From Escherichia coli (lineage in GTDB: Bacteria; Pseudomonadota; Gammaproteobacteria; Enterobacterales; Enterobacteriaceae), in the NCBI RefSeq assembly GCF_001677475.2, contig NZ_CP015229.1: a stretch of DNA of 64,000 bases. One strand, 5' to 3'. Under the pieces are notes generated by a model. It was not told the origin of the DNA and did not search any database. It saw nothing but the letters and a program-made list of their open reading frames with translations. The translations under genes were made by a program, and so were the position numbers. Every line of letters begins with the position of its first letter. Positions within the stretch are counted from its first letter, which is position 1. Of this stretch, positions 22,688 to 35,280 are shown piece by piece.

Positions 22688-23040
22688 CCACCAAACAGAC
22701 CGGCGATGCGTGGGAAGCACAAGCGCGTCGCTGGCTGGAAGGCAAAGGACTGCGGTTTATCGCCGCTAACGTGAACGAGCGTGGCGGCGAGATCGATCTG
22801 ATAATGCGTGAAGGCCGGACCACCGTTTTTGTCGAGGTGCGTTACCGCCGCTCTGCGCTTTATGGCGGCGCGGCAGCCAGTGTGACCCGCAGCAAACAAC
22901 ACAAATTATTACAGACTGCCCGCTTGTGGCTCGCGCGTCATAATGGGAGTTTTGATACTGTGGATTGCCGGTTCGATGTGGTAGCCTTCACCGGGAATGA
23001 GGTTGAGTGGATTAAGGATGCCTTTAATGACCACTCATAA
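22645..23040 (+). CDS. yraN: UPF0102-family protein (predicted endonuclease fold), 131 aa
   Basis: 131 aa ORF overlapping the lpoA 3' end by 43 nt. Confidence 0.85.
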   Translation: MATVPTRSGSPRQLTTKQTGDAWEAQARRWLEGKGLRFIAANVNERGGEIDLIMREGRTTVFVEVRYRRSALYGGAAASVTRSKQHKLLQTARLWLARHNGSFDTVDCRFDVVAFTGNEVEWIKDAFNDHS

Positions 23041-23059
23041 TTAAGGTTTAAGGATTAGC

Positions 23060-23650
23060 GTGCAAGAAAGAATTAAAGCTTGCTTCACTGAAAGCATTCA
23101 AACTCAAATTGCGGCGGCAGAGGCGCTTCCGGATGCCATCTCCCGTGCAGCCATGACGCTGGTTCAGTCTCTGCTCAATGGCAACAAAATCCTCTGTTGT
23201 GGTAATGGAACTTCCGCTGCCAATGCACAGCATTTTGCTGCCAGCATGATCAACCGTTTCGAAACGGAGCGGCCCAGCTTACCTGCCATTGCACTAAATA
23301 CTGATAATGTTGTCTTAACGGCGATTGCCAACGATCGCTTACATGATGAAGTGTATGCAAAACAGGTGCGGGCGCTGGGTCATGCGGGAGATGTATTGTT
23401 AGCCATTTCCACCCGTGGCAACAGCCGCGATATCGTAAAAGCAGTAGAAGCTGCCGTTACGCGTGATATGACCATTGTGGCATTAACTGGCTATGACGGC
23501 GGTGAACTTGCAGGTTTGTTAGGGCCACAGGATGTGGAGATCCGCATTCCTTCGCATCGTAGCGCTCGCATTCAGGAAATGCATATGCTGACGGTAAATT
23601 GCCTGTGCGATCTGATCGATAACACGCTTTTCCCTCACCAGGATGATTAA
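23060..23650 (+). CDS. diaA: DnaA initiator-associating protein (SIS domain), 196 aa
   Basis: 196 aa [30 protein letters not shown]; SIS fold. Confidence 0.92.
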
Positions 23651-23659
23651 GGAGAATAC

Positions 23660-24235
23660 ATGAAGGCATTATCGCCAATCGCAGTCCTTATTTCCGCGCT
23701 GCTGTTGCAAGGTTGTGTTGCCGCTGCCGTAGTGGGTACTGCTGCTGTGGGTACCAAAGCCGCAACTGACCCACGCAGTGTCGGCACCCAGGTGGACGAT
23801 GGTACCCTGGAAGTGCGCGTGAACAGCGCATTGTCGAAAGACGAACAGATTAAGAAAGAAGCACGCATTAATGTAACGGCCTATCAGGGCAAAGTGCTGC
23901 TGGTTGGGCAGTCACCAAACGCTGAACTTTCGGCTCGCGCTAAACAGATTGCTATGGGCGTAGACGGTGCCAACGAAGTGTATAACGAGATTCGCCAGGG
24001 GCAGCCGATTGGTCTGGGCGAAGCGTCTAACGATACGTGGATCACCACCAAAGTGCGTTCGCAGCTCTTAACCAGCGACCTGGTGAAATCGTCCAACGTG
24101 AAAGTGACTACCGAAAACGGCGAAGTGTTCCTGATGGGACTGGTGACTGAACGTGAAGCGAAAGCGGCGGCAGATATTGCCAGCCGGGTGAGCGGCGTGA
24201 AGCGGGTGACCACGGCGTTTACGTTTATTAAATAG
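23660..24235 (+). CDS. dolP: Outer-membrane lipoprotein DolP (YraP), dual BON domain, 191 aa
   Basis: Signal peptide with lipobox LLQGC; 191 aa. Confidence 0.9.
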   Translation: MKALSPIAVLISALLLQGCVAAAVVGTAAVGTKAATDPRSVGTQVDDGTLEVRVNSALSKDEQIKKEARINVTAYQGKVLLVGQSPNAELSARAKQIAMGVDGANEVYNEIRQGQPIGLGEASNDTWITTKVRSQLLTSDLVKSSNVKVTTENGEVFLMGLVTEREAKAAADIASRVSGVKRVTTAFTFIK

Positions 24236-24247
24236 CAGCCCCTTGTA

Positions 24248-24336
24248 ATGCCTGATGCGACGCTTGCCGCGTCTTATCAGGCCTACAACGACGCAAACCG
24301 TAGGTCGGATAAGGCGTTTACGCCGCATCCGACATG
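24248..24336. repeat. REP/BIME element (two REP palindromes)
   Basis: gcctgatgcgacgcttgccgcgtcttatcaggcctac and taggtcggataaggcgtttacgccgcatccgacatg, classic E. coli REP sequences between convergent dolP and yraQ. Confidence 0.85.
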
Positions 24337-24338
24337 TT

Positions 24339-25379
24339 TCAGGCCAACAGCGCCAGCCCGCCGACAATCACACCAGACACTGCCACCATCGCCCCTGTCA
24401 GCCATAAGGCTTTCGTCGGGAACGCTTTGCGCAGCATAATCAGTGACGGCAAACTCACGGCCGGGAGCGTCATCAACAATGCCAGCGCCGGAGCGGTTCC
24501 CATGCCTGCCAGCATCATCGTTTGTACAATTGGAATTTCTGCCGCCGTGGGAATGACAAACAAGCACCCTGCTACCGCCATCGCCACCACCCACATCAGG
24601 CTGTTATCGACAGCACCATCGGCATGGGGGAATAACCAGACGCGAGCGGCACCCAACACCAGTACTGCAAGGATATAAACCGGGATCGTACTCCAGAAAA
24701 GCGTCCATAGCGCCCTGCCCCAGCGGATAAAAAATCCGCCCTGCACTTCTGGCATGTCAATTTCGACCGGAGCCTGCGTTTGCGGTGTTTCACGCACCCA
24801 TTTTTGCACCAGCGTCGCAATCAGCAACACCATCACCAACCCCGCCACCAGACGAATCGCCGCCAAGCCCCAGCCGAGGACAAACCCCATAAACACCAGC
24901 GTCGCCGGGTTTAACAACGGATTCCCCATCCAGAATGCCAGCGCACCGCCCATCGATACCTGTTGGCGACGCATTCCCGCCGCGACCGGAGCCGCACAGC
25001 AGGTACACATCATACCCGGCAGCGAAAACAGCGTTCCCAGCAGCGTGCCGCGAAAGCGCGATTGCCCAAGCGTACGCAGCAACCAGTCACGCGGGATCAG
25101 CACCTGAATCAACGAACCGAGGATCACCCCCAGCACCGCCGCTTTCCATACCGCGAGGAAATAGATCATCGCGTAATCCAACGCCGCCTGCCACGGATTA
25201 GCATCCGCCTGCGCAAGGATAGATTTACCGATACTGTGGGTTTCGGCAGCAGTAAACGCTTTGCCGTAGTAAGGTTGCCATTTCACATACCAGAGACCAG
25301 CAATGACAACGAGAAAGAAAAGCGCGGGTTTCCACCACTGAATGGGCGTTGCCGCCTGAGATGAAGACTGACCAGTCAT
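24339..25379 (-). CDS. yraQ: Putative permease (UPF0718), 346 aa
   Basis: 346 aa multi-pass membrane ORF. Confidence 0.88.
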   Translation of the reverse strand: MTGQSSSQAATPIQWWKPALFFLVVIAGLWYVKWQPYYGKAFTAAETHSIGKSILAQADANPWQAALDYAMIYFLAVWKAAVLGVILGSLIQVLIPRDWLLRTLGQSRFRGTLLGTLFSLPGMMCTCCAAPVAAGMRRQQVSMGGALAFWMGNPLLNPATLVFMGFVLGWGLAAIRLVAGLVMVLLIATLVQKWVRETPQTQAPVEIDMPEVQGGFFIRWGRALWTLFWSTIPVYILAVLVLGAARVWLFPHADGAVDNSLMWVVAMAVAGCLFVIPTAAEIPIVQTMMLAGMGTAPALALLMTLPAVSLPSLIMLRKAFPTKALWLTGAMVAVSGVIVGGLALLA

Positions 25380-25451
25380 AGCATTCCCCAGGAATAAGTT
25401 ATGATAATTGAGCGCGTGAATATTACGCTCACTATCAATTCTTGGGAATAA

Positions 25452-26097
<646 letters not shown>

Positions 26098-26124
26098 TTA
26101 CAGAATTGTCTGCCTTGCGCTCCC

Positions 26125-26176
<52 letters not shown>

Positions 26177-26177
26177 A

Positions 26178-26712
<535 letters not shown>

Positions 26713-26733
<21 letters not shown>

Positions 26734-27156
26734 GTTACGTAGCCAGATCATTTTTTTACCAAAGCCCAGCGTGTTGTCGGTGAATTTGATTTCATCGAGC
26801 CGGATTTCCCACACCGGGGCCGACAGCATTCTGGCAACCGGAAAGCGACGGTTGTACGCCTTGCGTGCGAGGTCGCTTTCCTCACCTTCCAGTCTGCGGA
26901 TCTCGCCTTTAAATTGCACGCCGCGAATTAACGCTACCGTTTTCGGCTGACCGTTTACCGTTCCGGCAACTGCCGCCTGCGGCCCACTCATCTGCGCGTG
27001 GCGCGTTTTTTCTTCCGTCAAAATGTAGAAGGCAACTTTCTGCGCATCAAAAAGATAAAAGGCATTGGCGCACCACAATTCCCCTTCCTGCTGCACACAC
27101 CAGGAGACAACATGTTGTTTTGCCAGCCAACGGCTGATGGCGGTGAGTGTTTCCAT
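26713..27156 (-). CDS. yhbP: UPF0306 protein, 147 aa
   Basis: 147 aa ORF, convergent with and overlapping the yhbO 3' end. Confidence 0.85.
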
Positions 27157-27206
27157 AGCGGTTCTCTTTTATACTGTGGGCCTGACCTTAACATGCGACG
27201 CAGACG

Positions 27207-27509
27207 ATGACACCCTGGTTTCTTTACTTGATCCGTACCGCCGATAATAAGCTTTATACCGGGATCACCACAGATGTCGAACGCCGCTATCAGCAGCACC
27301 AAAGCGGCAAAGGGGCGAAAGCACTGCGCGGGAAAGGAGAACTAACGCTGGCGTTTTCCGCGCCAGTGGGCGATCGTTCGCTGGCGTTACGGGCAGAATA
27401 TCGCGTTAAGCAACTGACCAAACGGCAAAAAGAACGTCTGGTAGCGGAAGGCGCAGGGTTTGCAGAACTGTTGAGCAGCCTACAAACCCCAAAGATTAAA
27501 AGCGATTGA
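27207..27509 (+). CDS. yhbQ: GIY-YIG domain protein, 100 aa
   Basis: 100 aa; [22 protein letters not shown] is a GIY-YIG signature. Confidence 0.88.
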   Translation: MTPWFLYLIRTADNKLYTGITTDVERRYQQHQSGKGAKALRGKGELTLAFSAPVGDRSLALRAEYRVKQLTKRQKERLVAEGAGFAELLSSLQTPKIKSD

Positions 27510-27999
27510 AGTGCTCGTGATACTCAACCAGACCGGTTACGCCGTTCAGCGCGTCATCCGCTAAACGATGTACCTGGAAGGCGCTTTCAGTGCCCGGCCA
27601 GCGGCAACGCAGATCGTGATGCGCCGCCAGCTCAAAGCCGAAACGACTGTACAGCGCCGGATCGCCCAGCGTCACCACTGCGGCATAGCCGAACTCATTA
27701 AGCGAATCGAGTCCTTCATAGACCAGTTGGCGTGCCAGCCCCTGTCCACGGTATTTTTCATCAACCGCCAACGGTGCCATGCCGACCCATTGCAGGTCTT
27801 CGCCCTGCACATCAACCGGACTAAATGCCACATAGCCAATGACCTGACCTTCGTCATCTGTCGCCACCAGCCCCAGCGTCAGAAAGCCATCTTCACGCAG
27901 ATCGTGAACCAGCTTCGCTTCCGCATCGCTTTCGAATGAACGACGCAGCAGGGCATCAATACCCGGCGCATCAATGGGAATTTCTACTCGAATTAGCAT
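27496..27999 (-). CDS. yhbS: GNAT-family N-acetyltransferase, 167 aa
   Basis: 167 aa ORF with acetyl-CoA binding motif region ([10 protein letters not shown]). Confidence 0.88.
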   Translation of the reverse strand: MLIRVEIPIDAPGIDALLRRSFESDAEAKLVHDLREDGFLTLGLVATDDEGQVIGYVAFSPVDVQGEDLQWVGMAPLAVDEKYRGQGLARQLVYEGLDSLNEFGYAAVVTLGDPALYSRFGFELAAHHDLRCRWPGTESAFQVHRLADDALNGVTGLVEYHEHFNRF

Positions 28000-28517
28000 G
28001 GTTCACCTACCGATGTCTGTTTGGTTTCAGGCGCGGTTTTCATTCCCGCCTCAACAAAATCCGCCAGTTGCAGCAGCATCATGCGTAAGGCTTTCGGCAT
28101 TTGCTCCAGTTCAATGGCGTCCATCAGGTTTTTCACATACAGCCCCAGCTCCGTATCGCCTTCAATCACCAGCCGACGCTGGAAGAAGAGCGTATCCGGA
28201 TCTTGTTTACGCGCCGCAATCATCAGCAGATCGCTGGCGTCGGCACTAAAACTCACATCAGCTTGCGCGTTCTGGCTAACGACCAGTTTGCCATTCACCA
28301 CCGAGGTAAACCATTGCAGGTCAATATCACGCACATGAATACTTAACCAGCGGCCTTCAAGAAACTCCAGCTCGCCATCATCCAGCGCCTGACGGAATTG
28401 CCAGCTTAAGACCTGCTCAAGAACCTGGCGTTTTAGCGCAAATGGCGTCAGTTTTACCGGTACACTCAACAGAGATGGCCCCAAATGCACAATACGGGAA
28501 CGCAGTTTATCCAACAC
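27993..28517 (-). CDS. ubiT: SCP2-domain ubiquinone biosynthesis accessory factor UbiT (YhbT), 174 aa
   Basis: ORF track begins at a TTG (28541); I place the start at the in-frame GTG (28517) giving MLDKLRSRIVHLGPSLL. The start is uncertain. Confidence 0.8.
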   Translation of the reverse strand: MLDKLRSRIVHLGPSLLSVPVKLTPFALKRQVLEQVLSWQFRQALDDGELEFLEGRWLSIHVRDIDLQWFTSVVNGKLVVSQNAQADVSFSADASDLLMIAARKQDPDTLFFQRRLVIEGDTELGLYVKNLMDAIELEQMPKALRMMLLQLADFVEAGMKTAPETKQTSVGEPC

Positions 28518-28725
28518 GAGTTTTACTCCCTGTTTCAACAATCATCCTATTTTGCCATATCAGAAAAATAACATAGCGGTATAAATCAACAATTCCATAT
28601 GAAATTGCTGCTACCACCAATACAACTTTAACTGCCTTAAATCAAAAATTGTCGCAGCAAGGTTAACTAAAATCCCAGTTCGTTAACATTTTTGCGTTTT
28701 GATAGCGCAACCTTCAGGAAAAATT

Positions 28726-29721
28726 ATGGAGCTGCTCTGCCCTGCCGGAAATCTCCCGGCGCTTAAGGCGGCCATCGAAAACGGCGCAGATGCTGTTTAT
28801 ATCGGGCTAAAAGATGATACCAATGCCCGTCACTTCGCCGGCCTTAACTTTACCGAGAAAAAATTGCAGGAAGCGGTGAGTTTTGTCCATCAACATCGCC
28901 GCAAACTTCACATCGCGATTAACACTTTTGCGCATCCGGACGGTTACGCCCGTTGGCAGCGCGCCGTGGATATGGCGGCGCAGCTGGGTGCCGACGCGCT
29001 GATCCTCGCCGACCTCGCCATGCTGGAGTACGCCGCCGAGCGTTACCCGCATATTGAGCGTCATGTGTCAGTGCAGGCTTCGGCGACCAATGAAGAGGCG
29101 ATTAACTTTTATCATCGCCATTTTGATGTTGCCCGCGTGGTGCTGCCGCGCGTGTTGTCGATTCATCAGGTGAAACAGCTGGCACGGGTCACACCTGTAC
29201 CACTGGAAGTCTTTGCTTTTGGCAGCCTGTGCATTATGTCGGAAGGCCGTTGCTATCTGTCGTCGTATCTGACAGGTGAGTCGCCCAACACCGTGGGTGC
29301 GTGTTCTCCGGCCCGTTTCGTGCGCTGGCAGCAAACGCCGCAGGGGCTGGAATCTCGCCTGAACGAAGTACTGATCGACCGTTATCAGGATGGCGAAAAC
29401 GCAGGTTATCCGACGCTGTGTAAAGGGCGTTATCTGGTGGACGGCGAGCGCTATCACGCGCTGGAAGAACCCACCAGTCTCAATACCCTGGAACTGCTGC
29501 CGGAGTTAATGGCAGCGAATATTGCTTCGGTGAAAATTGAAGGCCGCCAGCGTAGCCCGGCGTATGTCAGCCAGGTGGCGAAAGTCTGGCGTCAGGCTAT
29601 CGACCGTTGTAAGGCCGATCCGCAAAACTTCATACCGCAAAGCGCGTGGATGGAGACGCTCGGGTCGATGTCCGAAGGCACGCAGACCACCCTTGGCGCG
29701 TATCACCGTAAATGGCAGTGA
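28726..29721 (+). CDS. ubiU: U32-peptidase-family O2-independent ubiquinone hydroxylation protein UbiU (YhbU), 331 aa
   Basis: Start at internal ATG (MELLCPAGNLPALKAAIENGADAVYIG); U32 family. Confidence 0.9.
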   Translation: MELLCPAGNLPALKAAIENGADAVYIGLKDDTNARHFAGLNFTEKKLQEAVSFVHQHRRKLHIAINTFAHPDGYARWQRAVDMAAQLGADALILADLAMLEYAAERYPHIERHVSVQASATNEEAINFYHRHFDVARVVLPRVLSIHQVKQLARVTPVPLEVFAFGSLCIMSEGRCYLSSYLTGESPNTVGACSPARFVRWQQTPQGLESRLNEVLIDRYQDGENAGYPTLCKGRYLVDGERYHALEEPTSLNTLELLPELMAANIASVKIEGRQRSPAYVSQVAKVWRQAIDRCKADPQNFIPQSAWMETLGSMSEGTQTTLGAYHRKWQ

Positions 29722-29729
29722 GAAAAGCA

Positions 29730-30608
29730 ATGAAATATTCCTTAGGGCCAGTGCTGTGGTACTGGCCAAAAGAGACGCTGGAAGAATTTTATCAGCAGGC
29801 CGCCGCCAGCAGCGCCGACGTGATTTATCTTGGTGAAGCGGTATGCAGCAAGCGCCGGGCAACCAAAGTTGGCGACTGGCTGGAGATGGCAAAATCACTC
29901 GCCGGAAGTGGTAAGCAGATTGTGCTCTCCACGCTGGCGCTGGTGCAGGCATCCTCTGAACTGGGCGAACTGAAACGCTATGTTGAGAACGGTGAGTTTC
30001 TGATTGAAGCCAGCGATCTCGGCGTGGTGAATATGTGCGCTGAACGCAAACTGCCGTTCGTCGCCGGGCACGCGCTGAACTGCTACAACGCGGTGACACT
30101 GAAAATATTGCTCAAACAGGGCATGATGCGCTGGTGTATGCCGGTGGAGCTTTCCCGCGACTGGTTGGTGAATCTGCTTAATCAGTGCGATGAGCTGGGC
30201 ATTCGCAACCAGTTTGAAGTGGAAGTCCTGAGCTACGGTCATCTGCCGCTGGCCTACTCCGCCCGCTGCTTTACCGCGCGTTCGGAAGACCGCCCGAAAG
30301 ATGAGTGTGAAACCTGCTGCATTAAGTATCCGAACGGGCGCAACGTGCTGTCGCAGGAAAACCAACAAGTGTTTGTACTCAATGGCATTCAGACCATGAG
30401 CGGCTACGTTTACAACCTCGGTAACGAGCTGGCATCCATGCAGGGATTGGTTGATGTGGTCCGCCTGTCACCGCAGGGTACTGACACTTTCGCGATGCTC
30501 GACGCCTTCCGCGCTAATGAAAATGGCGCGGCACCACTGCCGTTGACGGTAAACAGCGATTGTAACGGCTACTGGCGGCGGCTGGCCGGGCTGGAGCTGC
30601 AAGCGTAA
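29730..30608 (+). CDS. ubiV: U32-peptidase-family protein UbiV (YhbV), 292 aa
   Basis: Start at internal ATG (MKYSLGPVLWYWPKETLEEF), 9 nt after the ubiU stop. Confidence 0.9.
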   Translation: MKYSLGPVLWYWPKETLEEFYQQAAASSADVIYLGEAVCSKRRATKVGDWLEMAKSLAGSGKQIVLSTLALVQASSELGELKRYVENGEFLIEASDLGVVNMCAERKLPFVAGHALNCYNAVTLKILLKQGMMRWCMPVELSRDWLVNLLNQCDELGIRNQFEVEVLSYGHLPLAYSARCFTARSEDRPKDECETCCIKYPNGRNVLSQENQQVFVLNGIQTMSGYVYNLGNELASMQGLVDVVRLSPQGTDTFAMLDAFRANENGAAPLPLTVNSDCNGYWRRLAGLELQA

Positions 30609-30688
30609 GTAAATAGCTCACTTTGTTAACAACTTTAACTACTCTTTAATGCAGTATTAAAGATTAATCGGTAACAAAGTGAGCTGTT

Positions 30689-31696
30689 ATGACTGATAAA
30701 ACCATTCCGTTTTCGCTACTCGATCTGGCCCCTATTCCCGAAGGTTCTTCAGCGCGAGAAGCGTTCTCCCACTCTCTCGACCTCGCCCGTCTGGCTGAAA
30801 AGCGCGGCTATCATCGCTACTGGCTGGCTGAACACCACAATATGACCGGTATTGCCAGTGCTGCAACATCAGTATTGATTGGCTATCTGGCGGCGAATAC
30901 CACTACGCTGCATCTGGGGTCCGGCGGCGTGATGTTACCAAACCACTCACCGTTGGTGATCGCCGAACAGTTCGGCACGCTCAATACGCTCTATCCGGGG
31001 CGAATCGATTTGGGGCTGGGCCGTGCTCCGGGTAGTGACCAGCGAACCATGATGGCTCTACGTCGTCATATGAGCGGCGATATTGATAATTTCCCCCGCG
31101 ATGTCGCGGAGCTGGTGGACTGGTTTGACGCCCGCGATCCCAATCCGCATGTGCGCCCGGTACCGGGCTATGGCGAGAAAATCCCCGTGTGGTTGTTAGG
31201 CTCCAGCCTTTACAGCGCGCAACTTGCGGCGCAGCTTGGTCTGCCGTTTGCGTTTGCCTCACACTTCGCGCCGGATATGTTGTTCCAGGCGCTGCATCTT
31301 TATCGCAGCAACTTCAAACCGTCGGCACGGCTGGAAAAACCGTATGCGATGGTGTGCATCAATATTATCGCCGCCGACAGCAACCGCGACGCTGAATTTC
31401 TCTTTACCTCAATGCAGCAAGCCTTTGTGAAGCTGCGCCGTGGCGAAACCGGGCAACTACCGCCGCCGATTCAAAATATGGATCAGTTCTGGTCACCGTC
31501 CGAGCAGTATGGCGTGCAGCAGGCGCTGAGTATGTCGCTGGTGGGTGATAAAGCGAAAGTGCGTCATGGCTTGCAGTCGATCCTGCGCGAAACCGACGCC
31601 GATGAGATTATGGTTAACGGGCAGATTTTCGATCACCAGGCACGCCTGCATTCGTTTGAACTGGCGATGGATGTTAAGGAAGAGTTGTTGGGATAG
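30689..31696 (+). CDS. yhbW: Luciferase-like (LLM-class) flavin monooxygenase, 335 aa
   Basis: 335 aa ORF, bacterial-luciferase-like fold. Confidence 0.88.
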   Translation: MTDKTIPFSLLDLAPIPEGSSAREAFSHSLDLARLAEKRGYHRYWLAEHHNMTGIASAATSVLIGYLAANTTTLHLGSGGVMLPNHSPLVIAEQFGTLNTLYPGRIDLGLGRAPGSDQRTMMALRRHMSGDIDNFPRDVAELVDWFDARDPNPHVRPVPGYGEKIPVWLLGSSLYSAQLAAQLGLPFAFASHFAPDMLFQALHLYRSNFKPSARLEKPYAMVCINIIAADSNRDAEFLFTSMQQAFVKLRRGETGQLPPPIQNMDQFWSPSEQYGVQQALSMSLVGDKAKVRHGLQSILRETDADEIMVNGQIFDHQARLHSFELAMDVKEELLG

Positions 31697-31704
31697 TGTG
31701 TCTT

Positions 31705-31812
31705 AACGCGGGAAGCCTTATCCGAGATGGCAACGCTGTCCTACGTAGGCCTGATAAGCGAAGCGCATCAGGCATTGTGTAGGCAGCAGAAATGTCGGAT
31801 AAGGCACCGCTG
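31705..31812. repeat. REP/BIME element
   Basis: gcctgataagcgaagcgcatcaggc plus flanking REP-like palindromes (ggaagccttatccgagatgg ... gtcggataaggcaccgc) between convergent yhbW and mtr. Confidence 0.8.
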
Positions 31813-31813
31813 A

Positions 31814-33058
31814 TTACTGATACACCGGCAGCAAATTAAAGCTCGATAAGATATGGACCAGTGCGTTGCCAACGCCAAATACCAGAATCAGCATAATCAT
31901 CGGCTTGCCGCCCCAGACGCGGAATTTCGGGCTACCAAAGCGTTTACGCGATGCGCGGGCCAACAGCGCCGGAACAATTGCCGCCCAGATGGTAGCCGCT
32001 AAGCCAGCATAACCAATGGCGTACAGGAATCCGTTAGGAAACAGCAGGCCACCCACAACAGGCGGGGCAAAGGTCAGCAACGCTGTTTTCAAACGGCCCA
32101 TAGCCGAGTCGTCGAAACCAAACAGATCTGCCAGATAGTCAAACAAACCCAGCGTTACGCCAAGGAACGAACTCGCTACCGCAAAGTTTGAGAACACGAC
32201 CAGCAGAAGATCCAGGCTACGGCTGTTCAGCACGCCGCTTAACGCCTGTACCAGCACATCAATATTACCGCCCTTCTCGGCGATGCCGATAAACTCCGGA
32301 CGAGGGATGTTTCCCATCGTCGCCAGCAACCAGATGGTATACAGCGCCAGCGCCATCAGCGTACCGTACACCAGGCATTTCACGATGGTTTTCGGATCTT
32401 TGCCGTAATACTTCATCAGGCTCGGCACGTTACCGTGATAACCAAACGATGCCAGACAGAATGGCAGCGTCATCAGCAGATACGGTGCATAAGACGCATT
32501 GCTTTCGGCGACGTTGAACAATGTCGCAGGCTGCACATGTCCCAGCAGGCTACCGAAGGTGAGGAAAAACGTAATGACTTTCGCCCCCAGCACAATCGCC
32601 GTCATCCGGCTGACCGCTTTGGTGCTCAACCACACCACAAACGCCACCAGTAGTGCAAAACCAAATCCAGCTGCCCGTGCAGGGACGTTCAGCGACATCT
32701 CCGCGAAGGTGTGATGCAGAATCGAACCGCTGGCAGAAATATAGGCGTAAGTCAGGATATAGAGCACAAAGGCAATGGAAATGCCGTTGACTACGTTCCA
32801 GCCTTTGCCGAGCAGGTCTTTGGTGATGGTGTCAAAGCTAGAACCGATTCGATAATTCAGGTTAGCTTCCAGAATCATCAAGCCGGAATGCAGCATACAG
32901 AACCAGGTAAAGATCAGCGCCGCCATTGACCAGAAGAACCACGCCCCGGACATGACCACAGGCAGAGAAAACATCCCTGCGCCAATAATGGTGCCGCCGA
33001 TAATCACCACGCCGCCAAGCAGCGACGGTGACGTTTGGGTGGTGGTTAGTGTTGCCAT
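31814..33058 (-). CDS. mtr: Tryptophan-specific permease, 414 aa
   Basis: 414 aa membrane [47 protein letters not shown]. Confidence 0.93.
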   Translation of the reverse strand: MATLTTTQTSPSLLGGVVIIGGTIIGAGMFSLPVVMSGAWFFWSMAALIFTWFCMLHSGLMILEANLNYRIGSSFDTITKDLLGKGWNVVNGISIAFVLYILTYAYISASGSILHHTFAEMSLNVPARAAGFGFALLVAFVVWLSTKAVSRMTAIVLGAKVITFFLTFGSLLGHVQPATLFNVAESNASYAPYLLMTLPFCLASFGYHGNVPSLMKYYGKDPKTIVKCLVYGTLMALALYTIWLLATMGNIPRPEFIGIAEKGGNIDVLVQALSGVLNSRSLDLLLVVFSNFAVASSFLGVTLGLFDYLADLFGFDDSAMGRLKTALLTFAPPVVGGLLFPNGFLYAIGYAGLAATIWAAIVPALLARASRKRFGSPKFRVWGGKPMIMLILVFGVGNALVHILSSFNLLPVYQ

Positions 33059-33137
33059 GAGGGCTTCTCTCCAGTGAAAAATAGTGCGACTGCGTTGTTA
33101 TGCATTGCACTGTACCAGTACACGAGTACAAAAGACA

Positions 33138-33168
33138 GAAAAAAAGCCCCGATGGTAAAAATCGGGGC
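33138..33168 (-). terminator. Intrinsic terminator after deaD
   Basis: Minus strand: gccccgat ... atcggggc stem followed by a T-run (complement of the A-run at 33138-33145). Confidence 0.75.
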
Positions 33169-33211
33169 TGTATATATTATTTTACAGATTGTGTTCGCTG
33201 TTTAGCGATGA

Positions 33212-35101
33212 TTACGCATCACCACCGAAACGACGACGACCGGTAGAGTCATCACGACGCGGAGCGCGGCCTTCACGACGTTCGCCGCTAAAACGACGAC
33301 CATCACCACGACCACCTTCACGGCGTTCACCGCTGAAGTTACGACCACCTTCACGACGTTCGCCACTGAAACCACGACCACCGCCACGACGCTCACCGCC
33401 AGTATGCGGCTGTGCATCGCCCAGTAACTGCATGTTCATCGGCTTGTTGAGAATGCGAGTGCGCGTAAAGTGTTGCAGCACTTCACCCGGCATACCTTTC
33501 GGCAGTTCGATGGTGGAGTGAGAAGCAAACAGCTTGATGTTACCGATGTAACGGCTGCTGATGTCGCCTTCGTTAGCAATCGCGCCAACGATATGACGAA
33601 CTTCAACACCATCATCGCGGCCCACTTCAATGCGGTACAGCTGCATATCGCCAACATCACGACGTTCACGACGCGGACGATCTTCACGGTCACCACGCGG
33701 GCCACGGTCGTTACGATCGCGCGGACCACGGTCATCACGGTCACGGAATTCACGTTTCGGACGCATCGGCGCATCTGGCGGAACAATCAGAGTACGTTCA
33801 CCCTGTGCCATTTTCAGCAGTGCGGCGGCCAGAGTTTCGAGATCCAGCTCTTCACCTTCTGCCGTCGGCTGAATTTTGCTCAGCAGTGCACGGTATTGAT
33901 CCAGATCGCTGCTTTCCAGCTGCTGCTGTACTTTAGCGGCGAATTTTTCCAGACGACGTTTGCCCAGCAGTTCTGCGTTCGGCAGTTCAACTTCCGGAAT
34001 GGTCAGCTTCATGGTGCGTTCAATGTTACGCAGCAGACGACGCTCACGGTTCTCAACGAACAGCAGCGCACGGCCAGCACGGCCCGCACGACCAGTACGA
34101 CCGATACGGTGAACGTAAGACTCAGAATCCATCGGGATATCGTAGTTAACTACCAGGCTGATACGCTCAACGTCCAGGCCACGGGCCGCAACGTCGGTCG
34201 CAATCAGGATGTCCAGACGACCATCTTTCAGTCGTTCCAGTGTCTGCTCACGCAGCGCCTGGTTCATGTCACCGTTCAGCGCGGCGCTGTTGTAGCCGTT
34301 ACGCTCAAGGGCTTCTGCCACTTCCAGAGTCGCGTTTTTGGTACGAACGAAGATAATCGCCGCATCAAAATCTTCCGCTTCCAGGAAACGTACCAGTGCT
34401 TCGTTTTTACGCATACCCCAGACAGTCCAGTAGCTCTGGCTGATGTCAGGACGGGTAGTCACGCTGGACTGAATGCGCACTTCCTGCGGCTCTTTCATAA
34501 AGCGGCGGGTAATGCGACGAATCGCTTCCGGCATGGTTGCAGAGAACAGAGCGGTCTGATGACCTTCCGGGATCTGCGCCATAATAGTTTCAACGTCTTC
34601 GATGAAGCCCATGCGCAGCATTTCGTCAGCTTCATCCAGAACCAGACCGCTCAGTTTAGAAAGGTCCAGAGTGCCACGTTTCAGGTGATCCAGCAGACGG
34701 CCCGGCGTACCGACAACGATCTGCGGCCCCTGACGCAGGGCGCGTAATTGCACGTCATAACGCTGGCCGCCGTACAGGGCAACCACGTTTACGCCGCGCA
34801 TGTGTTTAGAGAAATCCGTCATTGCCTCAGCAACCTGTACCGCCAGTTCGCGGGTCGGTGCCAACACCAGAATCTGTGGTGCTTTCAGCTCAGGATCAAG
34901 ATTCTGCAGCAGAGGTAAAGAGAATGCTGCAGTTTTTCCGCTCCCCGTCTGGGCCATACCCAGGACGTCGCGGCCATTCAGCAGATGTGGAATACACTCT
35001 GCCTGAATTGGAGATGGTTTTTCGTAACCCAGATCGTTAAGGGCTTCAAGGATAGGAGCCTTCAGGCCCAGATCTGCAAAAGTGGTTTCGAATTCAGCCA
35101 T
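33212..35101 (-). CDS. deaD: DEAD-box ATP-dependent RNA helicase DeaD/CsdA, 629 aa
   Basis: Start at internal ATG ([33 protein letters not shown]); DEAD box; Arg/Gly-rich repetitive C-terminus. Confidence 0.93.
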
Positions 35102-35280
35102 GTAGTACGTGTGCCTCAAAATTAATGGCGGCCAGTCTACATAACTCATCATGAAATTGATCAGCAATTTTCATTGAAAAGTGTGAACCGGCTCAAAGTA
35201 GGTGTATTAACGAACAACAACGCCCTCACCCGTTAAGGTGATGGCAATCAAAAAAGATTACGGGCTGATGTGTACGTCAG

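Noticed and set aside
24248-24336. Short palindromic repeats that could be mistaken for a CRISPR array
   Set aside because: They are REP/BIME palindromes: two or three copies in inverted orientation, no regular repeat-spacer periodicity, no cas genes anywhere in the window.
24334-25364. Cluster of overlapping ORFs of 72-133 aa on both strands over yraQ
   Set aside because: All lie inside or antisense to the 346 aa yraQ membrane-protein gene in a GC-rich stretch; none has an independent SD or start context.
28518-28725. Search for an FNR box (TTGAT-N4-ATCAA) in the ubiT / ubiU divergent promoter
   Set aside because: Only partial half-site matches (for example ttgatagcgcaacc) were found by eye; not strong enough to call without a matrix scan.
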